64,000 nt of DNA from Pelagomonas calceolata (GCA_918797485.1 CAKKNE010000004.1:2666001-2730000); one strand, 5' to 3'; counted from the stretch's first letter, positions 10,681-21,565 are shown. Notes: generated by a model from the sequence alone, not told the origin. Numbers and translations are program-made.

Positions 10681-11385
10681 CTAGTGGTGGTCGTGGTCGT
10701 GGCCGCACGTCTCCGAGGCCTCGACCGCGTCCAGGTCGCGGACGTACTTCATCCGGCGCCAGTCCGCGGGCTTGCCCTTCAGCGAGCCCTCGGCCGTCGT
10801 CTCCGAGGTGAACTTCATCACATAAGTACCGTACTGGCCCCAGTTAATGGTCAGCTCGTCTCCAGACAGAGACCAGTGCGAGTGCGCCGGGTAGGAGTGG
10901 CACGAGAAGTGGTTGTAGCCGTCTCCTCTGAACTGCACCGCGAAGCGGCCCGACGCGTACTCGAAGCTCCACTCCGTGCCGCCTCCCGTTGGAGAGAGCA
11001 ATTTGAGCTCGACCGGTGAGAGTGGTCTGATAGCCTTCATGCGCCGCCAGTCATTTGGACCCGTGCAGGCCGCATTGTCCGCCCAGCGCGCTCCACTCAA
11101 CTCCCTTAGCACGGCATCTGTTACGTCGAGCTTATAATCCCCGAACCGGCCCCAGCTAATCGCTATCGAGGACCCGTTGGGCAGGACGCACCACCGCGAC
11201 GCGGCCGCGTATTGGGGCGAGTAGAAGACGCCGCCCGGTCGTAAACAGACCTCGAACTCGCCGCCACTATGACTAAATGTGTACCACGCGGCGAATTGGG
11301 CGTTGTCCTGGGGTTTCGGCCTATTCATGTTGACCAGGTCGGCGAACTTGGGTGTTAGGCCGGCGGCGGCTAGTTGCGCGGCCAT
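10681..11385 (-). CDS. Hypothetical protein with two internal ~100-aa repeats and a His-rich C-terminus
   Basis: Repeats ...ISWGRFGDYKL...NDWRRMKAIRPL and ...INWGQYGTYVM...ADWRRMKYVRDL; ends CGHDHDHH. Confidence 0.7.
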   Translation of the reverse strand: MAAQLAAAGLTPKFADLVNMNRPKPQDNAQFAAWYTFSHSGGEFEVCLRPGGVFYSPQYAAASRWCVLPNGSSIAISWGRFGDYKLDVTDAVLRELSGARWADNAACTGPNDWRRMKAIRPLSPVELKLLSPTGGGTEWSFEYASGRFAVQFRGDGYNHFSCHSYPAHSHWSLSGDELTINWGQYGTYVMKFTSETTAEGSLKGKPADWRRMKYVRDLDAVEASETCGHDHDHH

Positions 11386-11650
11386 GGTGCTTGCTTGCGT
11401 GCTTGCGCGCGCGCGGTGATATGAGTGATGGCTGGTATTCCTGCTTGCGTGCTTTCGCGCGCGCGCAGTGAGATGAGTGATGGCTGGCTCTCAAAGGATG
11501 CTGCACAGCTGTGGCCTCCGCTGACTTTTTCGTCGAGCGCAGGTGGAGCGTATGGCTGATAGATGCCTCTGCGCGTGCAGAGCGTACGTATAAGCACTTG
11601 TGGGACGCGCTTCAGGGCTTTTTTGGGTTTATGAAATCAAACTAGCGGCA

Positions 11651-11666
11651 TGTAAGACACTAGCAA
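11651..11666 (+). promoter_or_regulatory. Best copy of the recurrent upstream motif TGTAAGACACTAGCAA
   Basis: Exact reverse-complement copy at 17311-17326; variants at 9050, 14826, 24749, 26166, 35271, 41381, 42853 and 45218, all upstream of genes. Confidence 0.65.
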
Positions 11667-11855
11667 GCTATAAAAACGAGCGCGGCGCAAAAGTCTCATC
11701 TACCGCAGTAATTGCAAGGACAGGACGCAAATCGATCGCCTAGACGGCAGCGCTCCAGCTGGAGCCGCTTCGGGCAGCGAAAAAGCAGCTTCAGGGGCAG
11801 CACTCAAAGAGGCATCTAGGAGCCCTTGGTCGACGCGCGCGCATTGATGCTATAA

Positions 11856-12827
11856 ATGGCGGCGCAGCTACTGAAGACGCCCATCAAGCGCGTCAACATC
11901 ACCGTCACCGACGACGCCACGGCCCTCGAGGCCGTCAAGCGCCTCGTCACCGGCCACGAGACCAAACTACAAATCGTGCCCTCGGACTCGCCGCACCGCT
12001 GCGTCACTTGGGATGGTGGCGACCACGTCCTCGTCAGACTCTACAAGCCCCTGCGATGCGATGCGGCCCTCGAGGTTGATATAACAGAGGCGATCGGCCC
12101 GAAGATTCTCGGAACCTTTGTGAACGGCCACGTCGAGGAGTACTACGTCTACCACACGCCGGCCAAAGTGCACGAGAAACCGGACGCTATTGATGGGCTC
12201 GCGCGGGCGCTGGCGGCGGTGCACTCCCTCAAATGTGATTCAGACAAGCCGCGGTCGTGGATTGGTTTGAGGCGCGCGTGTGAAACTGCGAGGACCCTGA
12301 GCTTCGGCGAGCGCGGCCACCTCGTCAAGACGAGATATAAAGACGTCTCTCCGATCCTCGACTCGGCACTGCTCGTCCGGAACCTCGACCAGCTCGAGGC
12401 GAGGGTGCCGCCCAAGGCACATGTGTGTCTGTGCCACGGCGCCGCCGCGGCGCATTTGATACTGCGGTCCGACGACGCCGACGCGCGACTAGTCGACTGG
12501 GGCGCGGCGGGCGTCGACTACGCCGCGTGGGACTTAGCAAGGGCGCTCCACGACGACTGTGAGGACCTTCCCGAACTATCGGACCGGCGCGCCTTTGTGC
12601 AAGAGTACCTGGCGACGCTTCATGACGAACCGCCGTCTCCTACAAAGGTGAATGCCCTGGTCAACGACATCCAGTATTTTACGATCTGCGACAACTACCT
12701 CCGCGGCTTCTTACTGGTAGAGCGGGCCCACGCCGCGGCGAAGGACGTGGATGCGGCCGACCTGTTGTCCAGGGCGGCCATGAGATTGCGCCAGGCGCGC
12801 GCGCAGCAGTACGTCGTGGTCTGGTAA
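11856..12827 (+). CDS. Choline/ethanolamine kinase-like protein (degenerate catalytic motif)
   Basis: VLVRLY, IGPKILGTFVNGHVEEY, LVDWGAAGVDYAAWDLA; the Brenner motif reads CHGAAAAHLI. Confidence 0.7.
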   Translation: MAAQLLKTPIKRVNITVTDDATALEAVKRLVTGHETKLQIVPSDSPHRCVTWDGGDHVLVRLYKPLRCDAALEVDITEAIGPKILGTFVNGHVEEYYVYHTPAKVHEKPDAIDGLARALAAVHSLKCDSDKPRSWIGLRRACETARTLSFGERGHLVKTRYKDVSPILDSALLVRNLDQLEARVPPKAHVCLCHGAAAAHLILRSDDADARLVDWGAAGVDYAAWDLARALHDDCEDLPELSDRRAFVQEYLATLHDEPPSPTKVNALVNDIQYFTICDNYLRGFLLVERAHAAAKDVDAADLLSRAAMRLRQARAQQYVVVW

Positions 12828-13252
12828 TGTGTTATGTTGACTTTTCGTTGTCGTCACGGCGATTTGGGGCTCGTGGTCGATCGCGCGGTTCTGTCTCGAC
12901 GAGCACAGGTGGCACTCATAAGAGGGCGCGTGCGGGGCAGGGACGAACCGTCTCCACACCTGTCTGGTTTACGTGCGGGGCGTTCCTGGCCTTTGCCGCA
13001 GATTTTTGCTGCCAGTGCACAGCTGGCCTGGGACGACCGCACCGGCTTAAAGGGACACGCATAGGACTGCTCCATACTTCACCATCTCTGGCCCCAAGAC
13101 CGGAGAACTGCGTGCAGCAGGCAGGGCAGCAAGAGAGCAGGCAGGGCAGCAAGCGGTGAGGGCAGCTCCATCTACCACGCCCAGACCTCTTGTCTGTACG
13201 GATTCGGTCGTTTAGGTCTTGGCGGGCTTGTGCGAGGTGAGTGGGCAGCCTG

Positions 13253-14803
13253 ATGGATGCCTACCAGGCCGCCTCCACGCTCATCGTCATAATCGCGGCG
13301 ACGGCCTGGATCCTGCGGCCGCGCAAGCCACCACTACGAGACGCCGCCGATGCAACGCAATGGCGCATTCTCGCGACCACACTGAACTGCGCCGAGCAGG
13401 GCTCGGTGCAGGCGCTGTTAGGGGAAGAACAAAAAAGCTCTCTGGAGAAGTGGCTGCCGCGCGGCGCGGACATGTATGCGGTGGCGGTCCAGGAGTGCGG
13501 CTGCTGGGCGGAGTTGAGGAGGACCGTCGAGGCCCACCTCGGCTCGACGTACGCGCTCGTTTCATATGAAAAGATCGGCGAGAAGCGCGTGCGGGGCCGC
13601 ATCGCCGTGGCCGTCTTCGCTCGCAAGTGTGATGTGGACGACGGTTTAGTGGAAGAAGTCAGCACGAAGAAGATGCTCATGGACGTCGGGTCGACCGGCA
13701 AGGGCGCGTCGACGAAGGGCGGCGTGTCCATCGAGGTGCAGGTTGGAGGGCGCTCATTATGCTTCTTAGGGGCGCACCTCCCGGCGGACGCCGGAGGTCG
13801 CGCCCAGCACACGTTGCGGAACGCCTGCGCTGCAGCTCTCCTAGGTGGCGATGATTTCGTGAAGCTGCAGGAGCGGTGCCACGTCTTCTTCCTGGGGGAC
13901 TTGAACTATCGGGCCGTGCCTCATGATTTGACGCACGCTCGCGACAGTACATTGAAGCGCGTCGCCTACGCGTCGTCGAAGCCGTCGAAGACCGCCTGGG
14001 CCGCCGCGACGCGCGACGACGAGTTGATTAGAGACAGACGAAGCGGCCGCGCGCTCTGCGGCTTTCGAGAAGCTCCGATCTATTTCGCGCCGACTTTTAG
14101 AAGGGTGCCGGGCGTCGCGCTGCCCGGTCGGGAGGCCGACGCGGCGGCGCTGTGTGACGCGTATACGCTGTTCAAGTCGAACGAAGGCGCCGCGACGGTC
14201 GAGGAGGCATTACAACTCGCCCGGCGGAAGCGCTCGCCGCCGGCGCAGGCGGCGTCGGCCGCGGGCCTGCGATATCCGTCCTGGACGGATCGGGTGCTCG
14301 TGGCGTCGCCGCCCGCCGACGACGCGGCGCTCGAGCTCTTAGCGTACGACGCTCCCGAGTTCCCGTTGCAGAGCGACCACCGGCCGGCGCGGCTGCGGTG
14401 CGCGCTTTTGAGGGAGCCGCCCGCGGAGACCTACGCCGGGGCGCTGCGGGTGACGCTCGAAGACTTGTGCTTCGAGCCGTCGAGCGACGACGACGCGGCG
14501 GAGCTCGACCGGCTCGTTTCTGGCCTCGTGCCCGACGCGCCGGCGCCGGCGCTTGATACTGTTTCCGTCTCGCTCGGCGCCGCGACGGCGTCGGCGCCCT
14601 GGGCCGCGCGCGCCGTGTCGGTGGAGGCCGAGCGCGCGCCGCGCCACTGCGTCGTGGCGCTCGAACTTGGAGCCGCGCTCGTCGCGCTGCCGGCGCGGGA
14701 CTGGAGCCGGCGCTTCCGGGAGCCGGTCGTGCGCTTCGGCCGGAGCCGCGGCGTGCTCTCGGGGCGTTTGCGCGTCGAGGCGTCTTTTTCTTCCGGTGTC
14801 TAA
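13253..14803 (+). CDS. Inositol polyphosphate 5-phosphatase family protein with N-terminal TM
   Basis: AVAVQEC, TKGGV, FLGAHL, FFLGDLNYR, FREAPIYFAPTF, PSWTDRVL, SDHRP. Confidence 0.88.
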   Translation: MDAYQAASTLIVIIAATAWILRPRKPPLRDAADATQWRILATTLNCAEQGSVQALLGEEQKSSLEKWLPRGADMYAVAVQECGCWAELRRTVEAHLGSTYALVSYEKIGEKRVRGRIAVAVFARKCDVDDGLVEEVSTKKMLMDVGSTGKGASTKGGVSIEVQVGGRSLCFLGAHLPADAGGRAQHTLRNACAAALLGGDDFVKLQERCHVFFLGDLNYRAVPHDLTHARDSTLKRVAYASSKPSKTAWAAATRDDELIRDRRSGRALCGFREAPIYFAPTFRRVPGVALPGREADAAALCDAYTLFKSNEGAATVEEALQLARRKRSPPAQAASAAGLRYPSWTDRVLVASPPADDAALELLAYDAPEFPLQSDHRPARLRCALLREPPAETYAGALRVTLEDLCFEPSSDDDAAELDRLVSGLVPDAPAPALDTVSVSLGAATASAPWAARAVSVEAERAPRHCVVALELGAALVALPARDWSRRFREPVVRFGRSRGVLSGRLRVEASFSSGV

Positions 14804-15002
14804 CTTTAAGTTTGGTCTAGCGGCATAAGACACTAGAAAACAGGCTTTGGATTTGCCAGAGTGCCACAGGCGGTTGTGTCTGCTCCTGTGGTAGCACGCT
14901 CAGTAAGTTCTGCCCTGGAGCTTTCAAGGAGAAAGCCCCGCCGACCGGATACACCTTTTCGGCTGCCGACATCGATTAAGTGATTGGGCTGCCCCACTGT
15001 CG

Positions 15003-16613
15003 ATGGCAGACGCCGATAAAAATGACGATCCGACCACAAAAGCGAATGCGTGCCAGCGGCGCTGCTGCCCCGCCCCCTCCTTCAAAAACCCTGAGGTCCT
15101 GGGGTTTATGTGGGACCGCATCGGCGCCACCGTGTTATTTATCACCATCCTCACGGTGCTGCCGGGCTTAACGGTGCTGGCGCGACGGGAAGGCGGCTGC
15201 TACAAGTACGACTGCCCCTATGCCAACGAAGATGATGACGATTTGTGTGATTTTATGGGTGGCGACCGCGAGCGCGGGCGCTGGTACTGCAAGGACCCAG
15301 GCGACGTGCGGCACCCGCAGGACAAGCTCTGCGCGAAGGATCCACAGTGCAAGGTCTACGGGCTGTCGCCGGCGTCGACGATCCCATTCGTCGCGACGGT
15401 GTCAGGCTTGTGCTGCGCGGTACTGATGCCGCTCGTCGGCGCCTTTGTCGACCACTCGCCGAAGCGCTGGGAGGCCCTTGTCGCGACGGCGGCACTGCTT
15501 ATTGCGGCGAACGCGTTGCAGATCTCGCTCGGGCCCCGGACCTGGTTCGCCGCGGGCCTGATCCAGGCCACGGTCGGCGCGGGCAGCTACATGGCGCACC
15601 AGGCGTGTCTCTTCGCATATATTCCGGAGATGGTCGCCGACCCGAGTGAGGTGCCGAGCGTGACGGGCGTGCTTAAGGCCTGGGAGTCGCTCGCGATTAT
15701 CCTCTACTTGGTTATAGTTGGAGCCGGCGTCGGGCCCCTCTTCACCCGCGAGGGGCCGTCGGGCGAGGTCGATCTGGCCCGCGTCGGTCAGGTCGTGGCT
15801 GTCGTCGTCGGGGCGCCGTTGATGGTCCTCGGAATGTTCCGCTACCTAGGCCGTAGGCCGGCGCTCCAGGAACTGCCTGAGGGCCGGAGCCTCTGGTCTA
15901 TCGGGTTCTACCGCGTCGCCGCCACCGTAAAGACGCTCCGCACAGAATTCAGAACGCTCGGCTGCTTCTATCTCGGCTACGCCTTCTGGGAGAGCGCGAA
16001 CACCGCCGTCGTATCCTTGACCGGAGCATACGTATTGGAGCAGCTCGGCATGGACGCGGGCGACTTCATTATCATTGCCCTCCTATTTGTGCTGTGCGCG
16101 ATTCCAGGGGCGATAACGTCGATCAAGATCGCCGACAAAGAGTGGCTCTCGCTGAAGGCTTCTGTGGCTGGAGCCCTGGTCTTGTCGAGCGTATGTCTTT
16201 GCTGCGTGTCCGCGTTTGTGTACTCGTCAGGTACGGGCCCGTACGTCTTCGCCATCGTGCCCTTCCTGGGCTTCGCCAACGGCTGGGTCTACCCGGCGCA
16301 ACGGAATTTACTGGTCGCATTGATACCCGGCGGGTGCGAGGCCGAGATGATGGGCTTCTTCCAGTTCAGTGCCATGTCGCTCTCGTGGGCCCCGTCCCTG
16401 GTATTCCTCGCCATGGGTGAGACGACGGGGGAGTATCGCGAAGCGATTCTCGTCTGCCCGATCTTCTGGCTCGGCGGGCTAGCGGTCCTCTACTTCTGCG
16501 TCGACGTCGACAAGGGCCTCGAAGAGGTCGAGGCGACGCTGGACAAGCGCTTCAAGTCCGGCGCCGCGGCCGCGCCCGCCGCCGCCCCCCAGGCGGCGCC
16601 GGAGAAGGCCTGA
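15003..16613 (+). CDS. MFS transporter, UMF1/Atg22-like
   Basis: About 12 hydrophobic helices; MPLVGAFVD; LIPGGCEAEMMGFF. Confidence 0.8.
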   Translation: MADADKNDDPTTKANACQRRCCPAPSFKNPEVLGFMWDRIGATVLFITILTVLPGLTVLARREGGCYKYDCPYANEDDDDLCDFMGGDRERGRWYCKDPGDVRHPQDKLCAKDPQCKVYGLSPASTIPFVATVSGLCCAVLMPLVGAFVDHSPKRWEALVATAALLIAANALQISLGPRTWFAAGLIQATVGAGSYMAHQACLFAYIPEMVADPSEVPSVTGVLKAWESLAIILYLVIVGAGVGPLFTREGPSGEVDLARVGQVVAVVVGAPLMVLGMFRYLGRRPALQELPEGRSLWSIGFYRVAATVKTLRTEFRTLGCFYLGYAFWESANTAVVSLTGAYVLEQLGMDAGDFIIIALLFVLCAIPGAITSIKIADKEWLSLKASVAGALVLSSVCLCCVSAFVYSSGTGPYVFAIVPFLGFANGWVYPAQRNLLVALIPGGCEAEMMGFFQFSAMSLSWAPSLVFLAMGETTGEYREAILVCPIFWLGGLAVLYFCVDVDKGLEEVEATLDKRFKSGAAAAPAAAPQAAPEKA

Positions 16614-16699
16614 CCACCACTTCCAATTCATCGACCCCATCTTTTCGTTCGCACCCCGTAGTTCCGGCAAGTTTCAATCTTAATTGATTTTACTACACA

Positions 16700-17153
16700 C
16701 TAGTCTAAGTCGACCGTCGTCCACTCGCGCACGTGCGAGCCGGCGACGACGTGCGGGCCGTACGGGTCTTTCGCTTTGAACTCGTCCGCGGCCTCGCGGT
16801 CGGTGAAAACAAACATGGCGCCGTCGACGGGATCAGTGAACGCACCCGCGGACAGGACGCGGCCCTCGGCCGCAAACTCCTTGATGAGACCGAGGTGGCC
16901 CGCTCTGTACGGGTCGCGCTTCTCGAGCACGTCCCTGTGCGGATATCAACCAGTGACTCCCACGCCATCGAGCAGACGCAATCACGGGGCCAACATCGCG
17001 TCGATGGCGTGTAGCGCGTTGCAATTTCTACGCAGCGCGAGACGGAGTGTAGTCGTAGAATAACACGAAGCGCGAGACCATCTTCGGCGGCGACGAGAGA
17101 AGACGTCTCGCGGCGACAGCGCGTCGCGCACTTCGCACCAGCACTGGCACCAT
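16700..17153 (-). CDS. YCII-related domain protein with a mitochondrial-type presequence; exons 17153-17044, 16934-16700
   Basis: Spliced FVLFYDYTPDVLEKRDPYRAGHL...AGAFTDPVDGAMFVF...DPY...REWT; 345 nt in frame. Confidence 0.85.
16935..17035. mobile_element. Decayed introner forming intron 16935-17043
   Basis: TIR remnants CTGTGCGGATATCAA / GCAATTTCTACGCAG; donor lies exactly 8 nt outside the TIR; TSD no longer matches. Confidence 0.75.
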
Positions 17154-17386
17154 TGTGAGAGCAGTCTTTGGTTTTGCGCTTCCTAAGACGTAGGCGTCGT
17201 GGAAAGCTCAATGCTTTGCAAGAATGGGTTCTCAAGAGTTGCCGCGAAACAGCCAAGTGATAGCTAAGCCCCTCTGCAGCGATTGCGGCGGGGTTGCTTG
17301 GGCTGCCTGCTTGCTAGTGTCTTACAGGCCCCTAGCAGCTCGTCGACGCACGTTAAATAGGTCATTAGTAAAAGGGAAACGAGCGC

Positions 17387-18731
17387 CTACTCCTCCTCCG
17401 TGTCGGATTCCGCCTCGCGGAGCCACGTGACGAACGGTTCCGAAGCCGCGAGGAACGCCGCCGACGCCTGGGCATCCACGGCAGGAGGCTTGTGCACGTC
17501 CGGGTCGATACCATCGACACCGGCATCGTGCCACTTGAGGATGTCCTCCTCCTCGACGACGTCGTCGTCGTATAAAGCTTTCAGGACGAGCGCGAACTTC
17601 GCAGTGAGAGGAGGCTTTTGTATGAGACAGAACTTCTCCAAGCCATAGATCAAGGAATAAGGTTGGGCGTCCTTGGCGAAGGCCTTCAGCAGAGGAGCTC
17701 TCTCGGGTAACTGCTTCAGTAGAGTAGAACCATCTTCAAAAGCAGCAGCACATAGAATAAAACCTCTTTCATTCCTCGGCAGCGCGCAGAAGGTCTGGAC
17801 CGCTCTGAGTTCCGACACGGTCTCGCCGACGGGTTTGCCGCCGGCGACGAACTCGCGGATGCCCCGGATCGCCGAGCCCAATGGACCGGCCTCCTCGGGA
17901 TTCTCGTCCTCGTCCTCCTCGGACTCCTCAGCAGCTTTCTCGACGGCAGCGGCCCCGTTGCCTTCCTCGGAGGACTTCTTCTTCTTCTTCTCCTTCTTCT
18001 CCTTCTTCTCCTTCTTCTTCTTGTCGTCGTCGCCGTCCTTGTCCTGCGGGGGAGCGACGCCGTCGCGGAGCTGCCTCTGTACGTTCGCGAGGCGCGCGGA
18101 CTCTCTCGTGATCGTGACGACGGCGTCGCGGCGACATGCGGCCGCGTCGACGCCGTCGAGGCGGCGGCGCGTCGGCGGCGTATCCGGTAATGTCTGAAGG
18201 CGCCGCGGACGCCGCTAACAGTACCTTTTTCGACTTTTTCTTGTCGCCCTTGTCCTTCTTATCTTTCGCTTTAGCTTTTTTCTCGATCTTGTGTTGTTTC
18301 AAGATGTAGGTCGTCAACTTATGCTGCATGTCGCACGGCTCGCGCGCGCCGCACGCGAGGCAGTTGTGGTAGATTATTTCATGCTTGATCTTGTACGACG
18401 TTTCGGGCAGTTTGCAGGCCGGACATAAGACGAACTTCTCGATGTATACGGATAGTTTATCTTGGAGTACTCTAGTTTCATGAGCGCCGTTCACGATCGA
18501 CCGCTCCGTATCGTCATTATACGTCGTCTGCGCGCCCAATTCACAGCCGAAGAACTTCGTCACCTCGCCGGGCGGGCGGTGCAACGACGACGCGACGTCG
18601 ACCATGTTGGGGATCGCCGTCTTGATGCCGTTGCCGCGGCCCTCGACCTTGCCGATGATGCGCGGCATCTTGTAGCGGTATTCCGGGTCGTCGATGGCCT
18701 GGGCGCCCGCTATATTTATTATTTGAGCCAT
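17387..18731 (-). CDS. EIF5: Eukaryotic translation initiation factor 5; exons 18731-18225, 18043-17387
   Basis: DPEYRYKMP...EGRGNGIKT, KFFGCELGAQ, FVLCPACKLPET; C-terminal W2 domain (LKALYDDDVVEEEDILKW, PFVTWLREAE). An alternative in-frame acceptor at 18077 is possible. Confidence 0.92.
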
Positions 18732-19328
18732 GGTCTAGATCTCTATCGTGATTATTGCTGCTGGGCTTGCCGTACAGTGTACGGCCTCGCTCTTGCTCTA
18801 CGCTTCTCGCGCTCCGGCATGCACACCAAGTGGTGTCGCATGGACCGTCTACGGTTGAGAATGGCTCCAGCTTTTTGTGCTGCGCTTGTTATGGCAGGTT
18901 AATTGCTGATGCTGAATCGCCGCCGGCAGAGCAATCGCAGTCTCGAAAGAAGCCTATGGGCCGTCGCAAAGCCCTCGCGAGACGTCTATCGTCGACAATC
19001 GGCAACTTTTGGACGTTTGCGTTTAAACAAAAGCTCTCAATCAAATCGGGTTTCAAGCCGCACCGCGGACGCGCAATCGGAGCTGCTGCCGCATTTCTGC
19101 AGCTGTGGACGCATTGACGTCATACAGTGACCGGTTTGAAGCCGCTGCTGCTGCGCGAGCGCAAACGAAGCGCCAGAGCGCAAGTTATCACACCTCCTGT
19201 GATACACAGCCACCCAAAAGCCGCGCGCGAGGCACCGCATCCGTGCCTACAGCTTGTAGTAAACTCACGGGCCGGCACTCGTTCGCGTCGCGCCACAAAA
19301 AATCCGTGCATACCGCCGTGCAGCAACC

Positions 19329-19931
19329 ATGCCCTCGAAAAAGAAGGGCCCCAGCGAACAAAAATCCAAAAAAGCCATCGCCGAGGCGAAGCGCATCCGT
19401 GCCGCCGACCAGACCTTCGGCATCAAAAATAAAGGTAAAAGTGCGAAGGCGAAGCAATATGTGTCGAGGGTCGAGCACTCGCTGACGGGCAACGAAAAGA
19501 AAGCTCAACAGGAACGAAAGGAGAAATTGAAGGCGAAGCGCGAACAACGGGAAGCCGAAGAAAGGGAAGAAAGGGCGTTATTTTCGGAGACCACAGATGT
19601 GATGAAGGTCAAGAAGAAGGGCCAGTCTTCTAGTGTTCAGAAAGCGGACGAGGACTTGTCGGAGGAGATGGAGAAGGCTCTGCTCCGGGCGAAGGAGCTG
19701 TTTGATGCCGGCGCGATGAGCATGCAGGACTACCAGAACTACCGGGAACAGATCCTTGCGCCCGACTCCGATGAGGAGGACGAGGACGGTGGTGACGAGG
19801 CGACGGCGTCGGAGGCGGAGTCGGAGCCGGACCCGCGGCTGGAGTTGAAAAGGGAGGACCTGTACCTCGAGGGCGCGGACGACGATATTGATATTGACGC
19901 GCTGCCGGACGATGATGGGGATGCGGAGTAA
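19329..19931 (+). CDS. Protein with a ZC3H15/Tma46-like N-terminus, no CCCH fingers, acidic tail
   Basis: MPSKKK...DQTFGIKNKGKSAKAKQYV resembles the EDKTFGLKNK motif. Confidence 0.6.
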   Translation: MPSKKKGPSEQKSKKAIAEAKRIRAADQTFGIKNKGKSAKAKQYVSRVEHSLTGNEKKAQQERKEKLKAKREQREAEEREERALFSETTDVMKVKKKGQSSSVQKADEDLSEEMEKALLRAKELFDAGAMSMQDYQNYREQILAPDSDEEDEDGGDEATASEAESEPDPRLELKREDLYLEGADDDIDIDALPDDDGDAE

Positions 19932-19967
19932 CTTATATTGTAGTTGGTTATTGCGCGTCGCGTCGCG

Positions 19968-20281
19968 GCGACGGCGTGGGGGTGGAGAGGCGTGGTGGCG
20001 GCGTCGGCGCGCCAGTCGCCGATGTCCGCGCGGGCCATGGAACGTCGCGACATCGACGCCACCGCAGCGGCTCGTAGAGGGCACTAGACTGTGCGGGGAA
20101 ATTGACGGCGGCGCCGGCGCCGGCGCCTAAGCATAGCGGGCACCAGCGACGGCGTGGGGTGGAAGCGCGTGGTGGCGGCGTCGGCGCGCCAGTCGCCGAT
20201 GTCCGCGCGGGCCATGGAACGTCGCGACATCGACGCCACCGCAGCGGCTCGTAGAGGGCACTAGACTGTGCGGGGAAATTG
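19968..20281. repeat. Intergenic direct repeat, two near-identical ~136-bp copies (19968-20104, 20146-20281)
   Basis: Both read GCGACGGCGTGGGG...GGCACTAGACTGTGCGGGGAAATTG; a third partial GCACCAGACTGTGCGGGG follows. Confidence 0.9.
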
Positions 20282-20539
20282 CGGGCACCAGACTGTGCGG
20301 GGTTTGGGGGCAAAACTGTCTGCTGGTCGACGCGCGCACGCGCCAGCGAGGGAGCGCACGCCGACGCCGGCCCGCGGACGCACGTAACGCGTGCGCAAAG
20401 AGCTGCTACCGACGCGGGGCTGCATAAAAAGCGCACGCGACGGGGCCTAGCACATAGAGGGTGGGCCGGGCTGCCTGAGGCGATTCAGCGCGCGGCCGCC
20501 GCTGCGACCTGAACGGGCGCGCCGCCGCGACCCACAAAA

Positions 20540-21538
20540 ATGGCCGTCGAGGTCTACCACGAGCCGCTGTGTAGGCGGTACTACGCAAGTCGCTGCTCGT
20601 GCGCCTACTTCTTCTTCCTACTCATAGCATTGGTCGGATTGATTCTACCCTTCTTCCTGGCCTACACGAACGTGCCGAGTTTCTGGCTCAAGACACATAC
20701 GTATCGCGAGCAGCCGTCCATAACCTTCCAGCATAAAGTACTCGGTACGCTACAAGGTACGAAACAAATCCGAGGTATTGATAGACAGATGCAGATCGTC
20801 TTCTCGTCCATGACCGACGTCGAAAATCTATACGGCCCCGAGTTACGCGTCTGCAACCTCCAGAACATCGAGCTCGACTTCAACAGGGACGGCGTCACGG
20901 ACGAGTTCCACTTCACGGCCTTGTGTCCCCTGGCGAAGGGCGAAACTATATTGGGGGCTTCCGTTGCGACCTTCTTCCGGACGAAGCTATCGTCTCGTGC
21001 AAGAGTGGATTTTGACAGTCTAGCCATTGCGGAGCACCGCGACGGCATGGGCGGCGGGTCGCTCTTCGTCGATGGGGATTATATCTTAAAGCAGAAGTGG
21101 CCCTTCCGCGCGAAGGGCGGCTACTACTTACCTTATAAAAGGTTCCCTTTACTCGATCCGAGCGACCACAAGATCAAGCTGCAGGAGACGCTGCTGCCCA
21201 ATATCATTTTTGGGTACCGGAACCGGAACAACACGCTGGACTATGTCCAGCAATACAAGGTCTGGACGCCGTCGCCGGGCGTGCCGGACAACCACGGGGC
21301 CTACGCGAATTTCAACTTGACGATGGTCCTGCGCGTGCCGCAGCAGGACGTCCTCTACACGCCGACGGCTTCCGAAGTCTTGAAAGATGCGTGGTTGAAA
21401 TATCTGGCCATCTTCGTCGTCGTCAAGTACCTCCTCGAGTTCTTCGCGAGCTTCGTGGCCTACAACCAGCTCGTCGACACCACCATGAGAGTGGAAACTC
21501 CTCACGAGCGCGAGGGCGTCAAGGCCACCAGCCTCTAG
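20540..21538 (+). CDS. TMEM231: Transmembrane protein 231 (ciliary transition zone)
   Basis: VYHEPLCRRY, FWLKTHTYREQP, DFNRDGVTD, YTPTASEVLKDAWLKYLAIF. Confidence 0.88.
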   Translation: MAVEVYHEPLCRRYYASRCSCAYFFFLLIALVGLILPFFLAYTNVPSFWLKTHTYREQPSITFQHKVLGTLQGTKQIRGIDRQMQIVFSSMTDVENLYGPELRVCNLQNIELDFNRDGVTDEFHFTALCPLAKGETILGASVATFFRTKLSSRARVDFDSLAIAEHRDGMGGGSLFVDGDYILKQKWPFRAKGGYYLPYKRFPLLDPSDHKIKLQETLLPNIIFGYRNRNNTLDYVQQYKVWTPSPGVPDNHGAYANFNLTMVLRVPQQDVLYTPTASEVLKDAWLKYLAIFVVVKYLLEFFASFVAYNQLVDTTMRVETPHEREGVKATSL

Positions 21539-21565
21539 GCCCCGGCGTAAAGTTCATTCCCAAAG

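Noticed and set aside
19968..20300. CRISPR array
   Set aside because: Only two long copies, no repeat-spacer structure, no cas genes, and a eukaryotic context.
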